Source: Octopus sinensis (Eukaryota). From it: a DNA stretch of 64,000 nt. The notes beneath the pieces were generated by a model. The model saw only the letters and a list, made by a program, of their open reading frames with translations, ran no database searches and was not told the DNA's origin. This document shows, in pieces, positions 25,136-38,279 of this stretch; the stretch's first letter is position 1; each line of letters begins with the position of its first letter. Location: the NCBI RefSeq assembly GCF_006345805.1, contig NC_043000.1, positions 117,738,001 through 117,802,000 on the forward strand, in the 5' to 3' direction. Both the position numbers and the translations under genes were made by a program.

Positions 25136-25452
25136 TATGTAAGCGGAAATTAAATCATGACACAAAAGATTGTCTACAAGCCATCAAATGCTCAATGGCC
25201 CACAAACACATTAGATTTGAAAAGTTCTAAGGTTCATTGAAAATATGGTAGTGGCCCCAATTGTGGGCGAGGCTACCTGTTACCGAATTATATGAATAAT
25301 CGATCTGAAATAAAAACCAACAAAAACATAGAATCAATTCCCATTCATTAAAGAACATACACAATTTAACAAATTTTTAGAAAAAAAATTATAGTTAATA
25401 AATTATAAGTATTTTAAAATAGTGAGTTACTTTTCAATCACCCTGTATATAT

Positions 25453-25505
<53 letters not shown>

Positions 25506-25521
25506 TACACACACACACACC

Positions 25522-25562
<41 letters not shown>

Positions 25563-25609
25563 ATATATATATTATTATATATATATTTTTATTTTTTTTT
25601 TTTTCAGTT

Positions 25610-25750
25610 TCTGTCTCCAGAAATTACTCAGAAGGCTTTGACTGGCCCGAGGCTTTGGCAAAAAACACTTGCACAAGGTGTCATGCAATGGGACTGAACC
25701 CGGAACCATGTGGTTGGTAAGCAAACAACCTACCACACAGCCACGCCTGT
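25610..25750 (-). mobile_element. SINE family A, 5' half
   Basis: gggactgaacccggaaccatgtggttggtaagcaaac...accacacagccacgcc. Confidence 0.8.
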
Positions 25751-25766
25751 ACCTATCTATATCCGC

Positions 25767-25806
<40 letters not shown>

Positions 25807-26099
25807 GGCGTGGGCGTGGGCGTGCGCATGCATTTCGCTTCGGCTTAACGCCTTTTGTTTCATACTGTCATTAGTTGGGCAGGACTAGACTACAAATCGG
25901 AGAGTGAAATGACACTCGGTCATTAGACCAAAGACAACGACACCATCTTTGAAATTCTTTTTCTTGATTCTCAGCGTTAATCCGTCTCTAAACTATTAAT
26001 ACAATATAATAACGATGGATTTGGGAATTAGATATGTGAGGAGGAGGGTACGGTTTCGTTTTTCCCTGGTTAATTATAATACTGTTAAGTACTAAGATA

Positions 26100-26450
26100 T
26101 TTGTGAAGGTGGTAGCGGAGGTAGTGGGTGTTGGCTGTTGTGGTGGTGGTGGTGGTGTTGTTGGTGGTGATGTTGGTGGTTGTGGTGGAAGAGACGGTTG
26201 TTTGTGGTAGTGGTGGTTGTGGTGTTTTTTTCTTGTTGCAATCCTGGTAGTGCTGTGATAATGATGATGACGCTGATAGTGGCTGTGGTGGTAGTTGTTG
26301 CTGTTGTTGTTATTGTTGTTGTAGCTGTTGCGGTGGTGGTGATGGTGTTGGTGTTGGTTGTTGTTGTTCGTGGTGGTGATAGTGGTCATGATGCTGGTGA
26401 TGGTTGTAGTAGCGGCAGTGGTTGTGGTAGAGGTGGTGGCTGAGGTAGTG
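26100..26450. repeat. Degenerate (GGT/GTT/GAT)n trinucleotide tract
   Basis: Direct inspection; explains the poly-V/T/H ORFs. Confidence 0.85.
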
Positions 26451-26632
26451 ACAAAAACATTTTTAAATGGTTATTCCGGAGCATATTCACTATCTACTTC
26501 AATTATTGCTTCCCTTTTGCTTGGCAGACAGTCAGACCATCATTTAAAGATGTTTTTGTTAAATATTGTTATTGTTTTTGTTGAATAAAATTTGTTGAAA
26601 AAAAGCCGCAATAATTATGTACCAACCCAACA

Positions 26633-26679
<47 letters not shown>

Positions 26680-27145
26680 TATATGTGTATATGTGTATGT
26701 GTGTGTGTGTGCCCAGGCGAGGCTGTATAAAGCTCGCTTTGCAACCTCATGGTTTGAGGTTCAGCCTCACTTCGCGGCACCTTCTTTGTCTTCTAAACCC
26801 CAGAAACAACCAAAGACTTATGAGTGAATTTGGTAAATGGAAACTGTGTGGAAGCCCGACTTATATATATATGTGTGTGTGTGTGTGTGCTTTTAGTCTT
26901 GGGACAGTCAGTCTGTTTGTCTGTCTGTCTCCCTGTCTGTTTGTTTGTCTCTTTGTCTGTCTCTTTCTCTGAATCGTTTATGTCATGTTGTGAGAAAGGT
27001 CATGGAAGACTTCTCCATAGCATACTATCCTCCAGAAATACAGAAGGGTAGGCTGGTTCGCTAGTGTAATTAGTAGCACACTCGGTCGTGTAAATAGAGG
27101 GGTGTGGGTTCGAATGCCACGCGTACAGAAAGCCTATTTTTTTGT

Positions 27146-27690
27146 AGGCGCAGGAGTGGCTGTGTGGTAAGTAGCTTGCTTACCAACCACATGGTTCCGG
27201 TTTCAGTCCCACTACGTGGCCCCTTGAGCAAGTGTATTCTATAGTCTCGAGCTGACTAAAGCCTTGTGAATGGATTTGGTAGACGGAAACTGAAAGAAGC
27301 CCGTCGTATGTATGTATGTATGTATGTATGTATGTATGTATGTATGTATGTATGTATGTATGTATGTATGTATGTATGTATGTATGTATGTATGTATGTA
27401 TGTATGTATGTATGTATGTATGTATGTATGTATGTATGTATGTATGCATGCATGCATGTATGTATGTGTGTATATATGTTTGTGTGTCTGTGTTTGTCCC
27501 CCAGCATCGCTTGACAACCGATGTTGGTGTGTTTACATCCCCGTAACTTAGCTGTTTAGCAAAAGAGACCGATAGAATAAGTACGAGGCTTACAAAAAAA
27601 AAAGTCCTGGTGTCGATGTGTTCGACTAAAGACGGTGCTCCAGCATGGCCGCAGTCAAATGACCGAAACAAGTAAAAGAGTAAGAGAGTA
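27146..27690 (+). mobile_element. SINE family A, full length, with internal (TATG)n expansion
   Basis: Head ggcgcaggagtggctgtgtggtaag; (TATG)n ~27306-27445; tail gaaacaagtaaaagagtaagag. Confidence 0.9.
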
Positions 27691-28212
27691 AAGAGCTGAA
27701 CGAGGGAGAGGGTTTACTCAGAACAAAAAAAAAAAAAAGCCCAATTAAAACAGCAGTTACTGGACCTGTATGACAGTTACTGGACCCGTCCAAAAAGACA
27801 GACCGAAGTACAGAACAACATGAACTGGAAACAGAATTTACATAAAAAAAAAGAAGCAAGTTTTTCTTATTGCTATTAACACACACACACACACACACGC
27901 TCAGTCGTTGACACATAGTCACTCACTCACATACACACACACACACACACACACACTCTCGCTCTTTCTCATACACAATCTTTTTATTTTCTGTTTCATA
28001 CAGACTTTTAGCTTTCTCTCAAAGTTAAATCCACCCACCCACTCATACCGTCTCGCTTTCTTTCTCTCGTCCTCTCTCTCTCTTTAAAAGCAGGTTTAAT
28101 TACCATAGTTTTATCTATAATTGTAAATGTGAAAAGAATGTCAGCAACAACCACAACTGCAACGACAATAACAATCTTATCATTATCATTATCCTTATCA
28201 TTATCATCATCA

Positions 28213-28283
<71 letters not shown>

Positions 28284-28488
28284 TGTTGTTGTTGTTGTTG
28301 TTGTTGTAGTAGCAGTAATTGTTGCTGTTATTTTGTTTGTGTTGTTGTACCTGGAAATTCCCATCTAAAAATATATTTATTTGCATGTAAGTCTATCGCT
28401 GTATGACATCATTATTCGCGAAACATTAAATACTTAAGCAGCGCTTGCTACTGTTACTGCTGCTGCTGCTGCTTCTACTACTACTACA

Positions 28489-28547
<59 letters not shown>

Positions 28548-29097
28548 GGCGGCGGCGGCGGTGGCGGTGGTTAAATGGTTAAAAAGCTCGTTTCACAATA
28601 ATCACGAGGTCCCGCAATCGTAAATTGTCTTTACTATTTATTATCCTTTATCGGAATGGTGGATCTCGAGGCAGATACAGAAGATTATAAACTCTAATGA
28701 CGTCAAACAACATACGATTCTCGCTGGTAAAAATAAAGTTTCTAAAACGAGAAAAGAACCTCGAACGATTTCCGTGGTCCAATGGTAGCACGCCTTTCAT
28801 GTTTACGAGGACGTGTCGGTTCGAACATTACGGGCAACTTCCAGTTTAGCTTTTTTTTTTTTTGTAATTCAATATTTGGTCGTACTGATTCAGCCGCAGA
28901 AGTCTGTTAAGTGTACATATTTATGTGGAATACTCGGCCACATAGATGTTTGTTTAACGAGTGACAGCTAGAGAAAGAGAGAGAGAGAGAAAAATCCGTA
29001 CCAGTGATATCAACGGGTCGTGTCTATGTGTTTGTGTTTATCCCCCATCACATTATAAAGGACCATTACTATACATATACACGAAAAGCACCAATGT

Positions 29098-29525
29098 CTT
29101 ACTCTTTTACTCGTTTACTTGTTTCAGTGATTTGACTGCGGCCATGCTGGAGCACCGCCTTTAGTCGAGCAAATCGACCCTAGGACTTATTCTTTGTAAG
29201 CCTAGTACTTATTCTATCGGTCTCTTATGCTGAACTGCTAGGTTACGGGGACATAAACACATCAGCATCGGTTGTAAAGCGATGTTGGAGGTGGGGGGAC
29301 AAACACAGACACACAAACATATACACACACGTACATATACATATATATATACATATATACGACGAGCTTCTTTCAGTTTCCGTCTACCAAATCCACTCAC
29401 AAGGCTTTGGTTGGCCCGAGGCTATTGTGGAAGACATTTGCCCAAGGTGCTACGCAGTGCGACTGAACCCGGAACTATGTGGCTGGTAGGCAAGCTACTT
29501 ACCACACAGCCACTCCTACGCCTCA
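29098..29525 (-). mobile_element. SINE family A, full length
   Basis: tactcttttactcgtttacttgtttcagtg...accacacagccactcctacgcc. Confidence 0.9.
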
Positions 29526-29529
29526 TTTT

Positions 29530-29650
29530 TATCAGCTGAATGGACTGGAGCAACGTGAAATAAAGTGTCTTCCTCAAGGACACAACGCGTTGCCGCGAAT
29601 TGAACGATCGTGAGCCGAATGCTTTAACCACTAAGCCACGCGCTTTCACT
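29530..29650 (-). mobile_element. SINE family D, head
   Basis: cagctgaatggactggagcaacgtgaaataaagtgtctt...ctttaaccactaagccacgcgc. Confidence 0.75.
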
Positions 29651-30136
29651 TTCTATGTAGAACGTAATAGGAAAATAAAAAGCTTTTGAAATTACGTTGT
29701 TTGTTTCCGCCTTTAACTCGATGGAGATCAACTCTGCTTAATGCTTTGAGTGAACCATCTTAACTCCACTTAAGTGCAGCTCTATGATAATTTTCAAAGC
29801 TGATTGAAGTTCATGGAAAAACCCAAACGCTCTCTTTATCAAATTGCTTTGTCATCGTGGTATACATATGTATGTGTGTGTGTGTGTGTGTGCGCGCACT
29901 TGCGTGTGTGTGTATGTGTGTGTGTGTGAGAATGTATGTATGCATGCGTGTGTATGTATATATGTATACATATATATGTGCATATATGTACACACACATG
30001 CATACACACACGTACGAGCGCAGTAGTGTAAAATAAACAAACTTTTAGGTCAGTTCAAATTTGTCTGGGACTTATTTGACCTGTTAGAAAGGCCATTTTC
30101 ACGGCGGTTTGTCAACTCATTTGAACTGAGCTAAAG

Positions 30137-30170
<34 letters not shown>

Positions 30171-30609
30171 GGAATTCTTTTGAAACAGTCAATCCTGTAT
30201 TTATCTCAAACACAAGTCCATGAGCACTTATTAGTATGCACAACATTCATTTTGCATGATTAATGCCAAACATTTTAAAGAGATTTATTATATTCAGCGA
30301 CTTGCTAACACTTGTACCTACAGCCTCATCGTTTGATATGCTTGAAATGGCAACAAAAACCTGCCTCAACTTACATTATCATAACAAAAAAAAACGACAA
30401 AAAGCAGGAGGGACACATTGGCTGGCGTAATCCCTAATATAGATACGGATGATCGAAGATGGAACAGCACCTTTGATCACGTGTGTTGGTCAATCAAGAC
30501 TAACCAATGGTTGAGCAACAACAACTTTTCATCTGCAGCAGCAGCACAGTTGTTGGCATCCTTTTGTCTCAGGAGACAATGGAGTTGCATATAAACTAAT
30601 TCAGTCTGG

Positions 30610-30945
30610 TTTTTACATTTCATGTCCTCTCAAGTTTCCTCTCCAGTCTTGCGCAGGCCTGGGCTAGAAATAAGAAAATCCTGGGTAGCCCAATCGTCAG
30701 GATTCCTCTCTCGACCTTGCTGACGTAGTCCAAAGGAACGCAGAGCATTACGTTTGGCACCAGCTTGGTTGCAGGAGCTGCCGGAAGAGTGTCGAGTCGA
30801 GCACTAAACAGCCTACGGGGCTCCACTCCGGATTTCTTTGAAGGTTGTCTCCTTTCCGTAACCCTGGATAGAGGCCCATACCGGGTACTGTCAGCCGGAG
30901 CCAGCTGAACCCGGGATTCGTGTCAGGCAGGGTCGTCATTCCCTA
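30610..30945 (+). mobile_element. GC-rich island resembling an RTE-clade LINE 5' UTR
   Basis: cttgctgacgtagtccaaagg...tggcaccagcttggttgcaggagctgccggaag...ctccactccggattt recalls RTE 5' regions; recognition from memory only. Confidence 0.4.
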
Positions 30946-31109
30946 AAGTAGTGAAGAAAATCGCTACCCACTACCTATTACAGCAACACAACAGCAAAGA
31001 TAATACGAGAAGTAGCAGAAGAGTTTCTGGATTTGTGTAAAAGAAAATAGAAGAGGTTCAGATAATTTAAGGTTTTTTTCAACATATTCTCTTCTCAGAT
31101 TCACACACT

Positions 31110-31335
31110 TATCTTTTCTACACTAGGCACAAGGCCAGAAATTTTGGGCGGGGGCGGAGGGGTGTCTAAGTCGATTATATCGACCCCAGTGCGTAACTGG
31201 TACTTATTTAATCGACCCCGAAAGGATGAAAGGCAAAGTCGATCTCGGCGGAATTTGAACTCAGAACGCAGCGGCGGACGAAACACCACAAAGCATTTCG
31301 CCCGGCGTGCTAACGTTTCTGCCAGCTCGCCGCCT
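31110..31335 (-). mobile_element. SINE family B
   Basis: Ends ...cgtttctgccagctcgccgcctt. Confidence 0.9.
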
Positions 31336-31804
31336 TCACACACTTATTGCGGCAGCCCTTAAGTTTTTTCTAAACCCTGTAATCATCCCTCTCCTCCTCC
31401 TCGTCGTCGTCATCATCATCATCATCATCATCATCATCACCATCATCATCATCATCGTCGTCGTCGTCGTCATCACCATCATCAACATCAACAACAACAA
31501 GAATGCGTTGAAACTTGCACGAACGGTTGCTGAAAAGTTCATGGCTTTATGAGTATCGCGAAGGCCCTGTTTAGAGACCCAACCTTCCGAGTTCTTGTAC
31601 AGGGCTTAGAAAAACTGAAGGACCGCTGCATATAAGTGTGTGAATCTGAGAGGGGAATATGTTCAATAAAATCATAATTAACTGATCCTCCTCTATTTTC
31701 ATTTACCCACATATAACTATATATAAAAAATTTGTTTTCACCCTCTAAAAACAAATATGAATGTTCAAATTTGCTCCTCAGCTTTAGATCTTTTTAAACT
31801 GAAA

Positions 31805-31975
31805 AGACAAACGGATTAAGTCGATTATATCGACCCCAGTGCGTAACTACTAATTAATTTATCGACCCCGAAAAGATGAAAGGCAAAGTCGACCTCGGCG
31901 GAATTTGAACTCAGAACGTAACGGCAGACGAAATACTGCGAAGCATTTCACCCGGCGTGCTAACGTTTCTGCCAA
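31805..31975 (-). mobile_element. SINE family B, 3'-truncated
   Basis: gacaaacggattaagtcgattatatcgacccc...cgtttctgcca. Confidence 0.85.
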
Positions 31976-32133
31976 TCTCAACACTTTGCTACCGAAGACA
32001 TTATTGCTTCAAATTACTCATCAGCGAAATTATTTGGTTTTAATTCACACAGTTCGTTGATTGTTTTAGATATCGGAAGTGACCACTTATCAGAAGATAT
32101 TTGTGAGAAGGAAATAGTCTCACCAGAAGGAAG

Positions 32134-32334
<201 letters not shown>

Positions 32335-32868
32335 TAGTGGTGCTGGTGGTGGGATTTTTTAAACAAAGAAGAGATTCTATGAGGTCTGGTTGACTGTGTG
32401 AAGTTAAGGAGTGTTTAGTCATGTCTATATAAGTTTACCTGGACAAAAAAAACAATCACGTCACTGGCACTTATACACTGGCACTTATGATAGCTTTCAA
32501 ATGTTTCATTGGACAGTAGCTCGAAATAACTAATACTGACAACGTATAGTGTTACTTCTAGTCAGGAAATTTGGGTTTAAGGAGGAAGAACAAAAGTGTG
32601 TTAATAAAAGGAGAGAGTTATGAGGACTAAAGGACGTTTTTAAAGACATTAAACAAACAAATAACAATAAAAGAGCAAAAGGAAAAAGGAAAGAAGGATT
32701 GGAAAATGAAAAAAAAAAAAATCTTTTGAGAATGTAGGACACTATATAAAGTGCACGCGACAATATGAACACACACACACACACACACACATACACACAC
32801 AAACACATACACACACAAACACACACATACACAAACACACACACACACAACCACACACACACACAAAG

Positions 32869-32899
<31 letters not shown>

Positions 32900-33001
32900 A
32901 ACACACACACACAGGCGCAAACACACACACACACACACACACAGAAACACCCCCCCTCTCTCTCTCTCCATCGTTCTCATGCAACCGAACAGAAAAACAG
33001 A

Positions 33002-33276
33002 AGTAAAGATTGTTTACCAATATAACATGGCAGTCCTGGCTTAGGACGAATGTTGCTGTGATTTAGCCCCAGGAGATGAGAGGAAACAAACCCAGAAATC
33101 GTGAAACGCAGATATTGTTTTGAGCTGAATGGGGTTGCTAGATTCCCTTGTTCGAAAATATAAGGACACAAATCGTGTCGTATAGCCAGCTGGGGAGGAT
33201 GTCTCCTGGGGCAAAATTACAGCAACATTAATCCTAAACCAGGACTGCCATGTTATGTTGGCAAACAGTCTTTACT
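33002..33276. mobile_element. MITE with ~75-bp TIRs
   Basis: agtaaagattgtttaccaatataacatggcagtcctgg...gccccaggagat mirrors tctcctggggc...ccaggactgccatgttatgttggcaaacagtctttact. Confidence 0.8.
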
Positions 33277-33364
33277 ACGAAGTACTGTTGCTGAATATCT
33301 CATGCTGTGACATTTAAAAATACTAATTTTCCGGAAAAATAGAACTCAGAATATAAGGACGTGA

Positions 33365-33381
33365 ATACACACACACACACA

Positions 33382-33449
<68 letters not shown>

Positions 33450-34548
33450 ACAAACACACACACACACACCTGTATATGTATGTATGTGTGTATGTATGTA
33501 TTATGTATGTGTGTATGTATGTATGTATGTATGTATGTATGTATGTATGTATGTATGTGTATGTATGTATGTGTGTATGTATGTATGTATGTATGTATGT
33601 ATGTATGTATGGATGTATGTATGAATGTATGTATGTATGTATGTATGTATGTGTGTGTGTGTGCATGTATGTATGTATGTATGTATGTGTGTGTGTGTGC
33701 ATGTATGTATGTATGTATATTTGTATGTGCATGTGTGTATATATGTATGTATATATGCATGTATTTATGTATGTATGTATGAATGTATGTATGTATGTAT
33801 ATATGTATATATGTATGAATGTATGTATGTATGTGTGTATGTATGTATTATGTATGTATGTATGTGTGTATGTATGTATGTATGTATTATGTATGTATGT
33901 ATGTATGTATGTGTGTGTGTATGTATGTATGTATTATGTATGTATGTATTATGTATGTATGTATTATGTATGTATGTATGTACTTATGTATTATGTATGT
34001 ATGTATGTACGTATGTATGTATGTATTATGTATGTATGTATGTATGTATGTACGTATGTATGTACGTATGTATGTATGTATGTATGTATGTATGTATGTG
34101 TATGTATGTATGTATGTATGTATGTATGAATGTATGTATGTATGTGTGTATGTATGTATGTATGTGTGTATGTATGTATGTATGTGTATGTATGTATGTA
34201 TGTATGTGTGTGTGTTGTATGTATGTATGTATGTATGTATGAATGTATGTTATGTATGTATGTATGTATGTATGTATGAATGTATGTATGTATGTATATA
34301 TGTATGTACGTATGTATCTATGTATGTATGTATGTATGTATGTATGTATGTATGTATGTATGTATGAATGTATGATGTATGTATGTATGTATGTATGTAT
34401 GTATGTATGTATGTATGTATGTATGTATGTATGTATGTATGTATGTATGTATGTATGTATGTATGTGTGTATGTATGTATGTATGTACGTATGTATGTAT
34501 GTATGTATTATGCATGTATGTACGTATGTTTGTATGTATGTATGTATA
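33365..34548. repeat. (CA)n followed by a long (TATG)n/(TGTA)n array
   Basis: Direct inspection; source of the MYVC ORFs. Confidence 0.97.
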
Positions 34549-34626
34549 GTATTGCTTTCCGGCAGAAGTTATAGGGTGACTCAAAGTTCGAGAATTTCGG
34601 TCAATGACACTCTCTCTCCCCCCCCT

Positions 34627-34658
<32 letters not shown>

Positions 34659-35094
34659 CTTTCTTTCTTTCCTTTGCCTTTTCACCCTACCTCTGTTCCT
34701 CGGAGCCGGCTGTACTCGGGCGATCTGTACTCAAGCGCTCCTGACACACTCATCTCTCTTCCTTTAACCATTCATGTTCTGTCCATCTTCATCCCGAACC
34801 CCCACCCCATACAAACCACTGCACTCAACCCTTTCTTCCCCACATCGTCCCCGTTTGGGACTCTCATTCTTTCATGTGTTTCCTGCAGGTGTTTGACTTA
34901 TAGCCTTTAAACTGAACTTTAGCGTCATCAGTTCAGCCGGTGTCCGAGAACTTACGAAAGGACACGAACGTGTTTGTCAAAGACTTCGTCGCTTGTTGCA
35001 ACATCACCACCAATGTTGAAGCTGATTGATTGATTGACCAAACAATTAATCAAGCAAACAATTAGTTAACTGGTTAAAAGGTTAACCAAATTGA

Positions 35095-35445
35095 CCGTTG
35101 CTTCTCAATCACATGGTTCGGGGTTCAATCCCAGTGCGAGGGACCTTTGTCAAATGTCTTCTACTTTGCCTTGGGCCGAGCAAAGCCTTTTGAGTGAATT
35201 TCATACTGAAAGAAGCCTGTCGTATATATATATATATATATATATATAATGGTATATGTTTGTGTGTTTTTTTGTCCCTGGCGTTGGTATGTCTGCATTC
35301 TCGTAACTTAACAGTTCGGCAAAAAGAGATCGATAGAAGAAGTTCTAGGCTTTAAAAAAGAAATACTGGGGTAGATTCAACAAAAAATTCTTCAAGCTGG
35401 TGCTCCAGCAGGGCTGCAGCCTAATTACTGAAAGTAAAAGAAATG
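35095..35445 (+). mobile_element. SINE family A, diverged
   Basis: cacatggttcggggttcaatccc...gaagcctgtcg...gaaagtaaaag. Confidence 0.8.
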
Positions 35446-35644
35446 AAAGAGAATCAGTGCATGTGATTATTGTGGCACAATGAACCTCCCGTAATGCATC
35501 AAAATATGGTTCATCACTTATATTCACATCTCTAAATCTCTGGTTGATGAGACGTATGAGCAAAGTTTCGTTGTATTTCGGGTGGGTCACTATGCCAAAA
35601 ATGAACACACGCACCGGTTCTATTCCAGTTCGTTAGTTATTTAT

Positions 35645-36010
35645 TTACTCTTTTACTCTTTACTCTTTTTCTTGTTTCAGTCATTTGACTGCGGCCATGC
35701 TGGAGCACCGCCTTTAGTCGAGCAACTCGACCCCGGGACTTATTCTTTTTATAAGCCCAGTACTTATTCTATCGGCCTCTTTTTGCCGAACCGCTAAGTG
35801 ACGGGGACGTAAACACACCAGCATCGGTTGTCAAGCAATGCTAGGGGAACAAACACAGACACACAACACACACACATACATATATATATATACATATATA
35901 CGACAGGCTATAGTAGAAGACACTTGCCCAAGATGCCACGCAGTGGGATTGAACCCGGAACCATGTGGCTGGTTAGCAAGCTACTTACCACACAGCCACT
36001 CCTGCGCCTA
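35645..36010 (-). mobile_element. SINE family A, with internal deletion
   Basis: tactcttttactctttactc...ccactcctgcgcc. Confidence 0.9.
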
Positions 36011-36224
36011 TTTTTTTATCTATTTATTTATAGATCGAAGCCATTCAATCAATGAACGATTGTTTGTGAATCGATGATTACATTGTGCGATGTGCTCTTC
36101 TTTGAAGGCAATAATAAATTGTCTGAGAGAAACTTGACTGTTATTTTTAGCGAGTTGATCGACCATATGGATGCTTTTTGTTTGGCTTCATCTATTTCTC
36201 GTTTTATAGTAATATGACTTTCGT

Positions 36225-36600
36225 GGCACTCGTCAGTTACGACGACGAGGGTTCCATTTGACCCGATCAACGGAACAGCTTGCTCGTGAAATGAACGTGC
36301 AAGTGGCTGAGCACTCCACAGACACGTGTATCCTTAACGTAGTTCTCGGGGAGATGCAGCGTGAGACAGAGCGTGTTAAGGCTGGCCCCTTTGAAATACA
36401 GGTACAACAGAAAATGGAAGAAAGTGTGAGAGAAAGTTGTGGTGAAAGAATACAGCAGGGTTCGCCACCACTCCCTGCCGGAGCTTCGTGGAGCTTTAGG
36501 TGTTTTCGTTCAATATACACTCACATCGACCAGTTTGGGGATCGAAACCGCGATCCTATGACCGTGAGTCTGTTGCTCTAACCACTGAGCCACAATATGA
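36225..36600 (-). mobile_element. SINE family C
   Basis: gcactcgtcagttacgacgacgaggg...gatcgaaaccgcgatcctatgaccgtgagtc. Confidence 0.85.
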
Positions 36601-37367
36601 CTACGACCGGGACAAAATCGTAAATGCGTGTGTAGCAAATGTATTATCAGTTTTGTATTCTTTCCTACGATTCTTTGCATTGTGTTGGACTCCCGTTGAG
36701 ATTAACTTTAACTTAGATCCTTTTGAACCCGATAAAATATAGCACAACTCAAATATTAAGTTGATAGAAATTAATTGTTTACTACGTTTAAAATAAGAAA
36801 AATTTGTGCGTAACCAGAAAAAGAAATGCGTTTTAAAATGTAGTCAAAGGGAAACAACTCTAAGATAATTACTTCATATTACGTATAGAGTAGCCTCCCT
36901 TAACATGCTTTGTCTTCCATTTTGTGGGGAAAATAAGATGTATAAATTCCTTTTTCTTTGATCCAATTTATACCGACGGAGAAACACGTTAACAAACAGC
37001 TTCTTTAAGAAAACTCCAAAGAAACTCGATGTTTTGTGGAAAAGTTTCTGGAGTTTCCAAGTATAAGATGGATTTAAGCGATATATTGTAATACAAATTT
37101 GTTATAAAAAATTATATTCAAATTACGATGAACGTAAACAAACAAACGAAGTTTGCTTTAGAAGCGTTCAGATATCTTAGGAAGTTAAAGAAGTGATTTT
37201 AAATTCTGTTTGTCATTCGAAAGGAGCTCTTAATTTTTATAATGCTCTTAAATTATGTCCCTTAAACAGTTTTTAAAAAAAAATATCTTAATAAAATTAC
37301 GATGTCGAGGCTTGTCTGAAAAATGGTCGATTCAATTTAAACTTATCTTTAATATTTCAAGATATTA

Positions 37368-37800
37368 AGGTGGCGAGCTGGAAGAATCGCTAGAACGCCG
37401 GACAAAATGCTTAGCAGCGTTTTGTCCGTTTTCATATTCTGAGTTCAAATTCCAAGGAAGTTGGCTTTGCCTTTCGTTCTTTCGGGGTCGATAAAATAAG
37501 TGCCAGCTGAGCTCTGGGTCCATGTAATCCACTTAACTCCTCATCCGTAATTGCTGGTCTTGTGCCAAAATTTGAAACCAATATTCCAAGGCGAGTATTT
37601 TGTCCGGTCTTCAAATGGTTCTACAAGCTCACCGCCGTAATATTTTGAAATTTTGATTTGAAATTTTGGCACAAAGCCAGCAATTTCGGGAGATGGGGTA
37701 AATGGATTATAGCAACCCCAGTGTTGAACTGGTGCTCATTTTCTCGACTCCAAAAGTTGGCTTTGCCTTTCAATCTTACAGGGTCGATGAAGTAAGCATC
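37368..37800. mobile_element. Inverted pair of diverged SINE B copies
   Basis: + copy aaggtggcgagctgg (37368-37580); opposite-strand tail at 37640-37800. Confidence 0.7.
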
Positions 37801-37883
37801 AGTTGCGCTCACGGGGCCGATCACTTCGATTTGCCGCCTCTTTAAAAAATTTCAGGCTTTGTACCCATAGGAGAAAGGATTTC

Positions 37884-37894
37884 ATGTATGTATG

Positions 37895-37928
<34 letters not shown>

Positions 37929-38248
37929 TGTATGTATGTATGTATGTATGTGTGTATGTGTGTATGTATGTATGTATGTATGTGTATGTGTGTATGTATG
38001 TATGTATGTATGTATGTGTGTATGGATGTATGTATGTATGTGAGTTTGTGTATGTGTGTGTATGTATGTATGTGTGTATGCATGTATGCATGTATGTATG
38101 TGTGTGTATGTGTGTGTGTATGTATGTATGAGTGCGTGTATGTATGTGTGCATGTATGTATGTGAGTATGCATGCATGTATATATGTATGTATGTGTGTA
38201 TGTATGTTTGTGTGTATGTATATATGTATGTATGTATGTATGTGTGTG

Positions 38249-38279
<31 letters not shown>

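Noticed and set aside
26100-26450. G-rich tract as a functional G-quadruplex or a poly-Val membrane protein
   Set aside because: An ordinary degenerate trinucleotide microsatellite; there are many like it in the window.
31995-32010. Other CTGANGA hits (minus ~31999, ~34926, ~7109, ~30698; plus ~2642, ~9905, ~47492)
   Set aside because: None has a correctly placed stem II-GAAA-stem III-UH-stem I; this is expected by chance.
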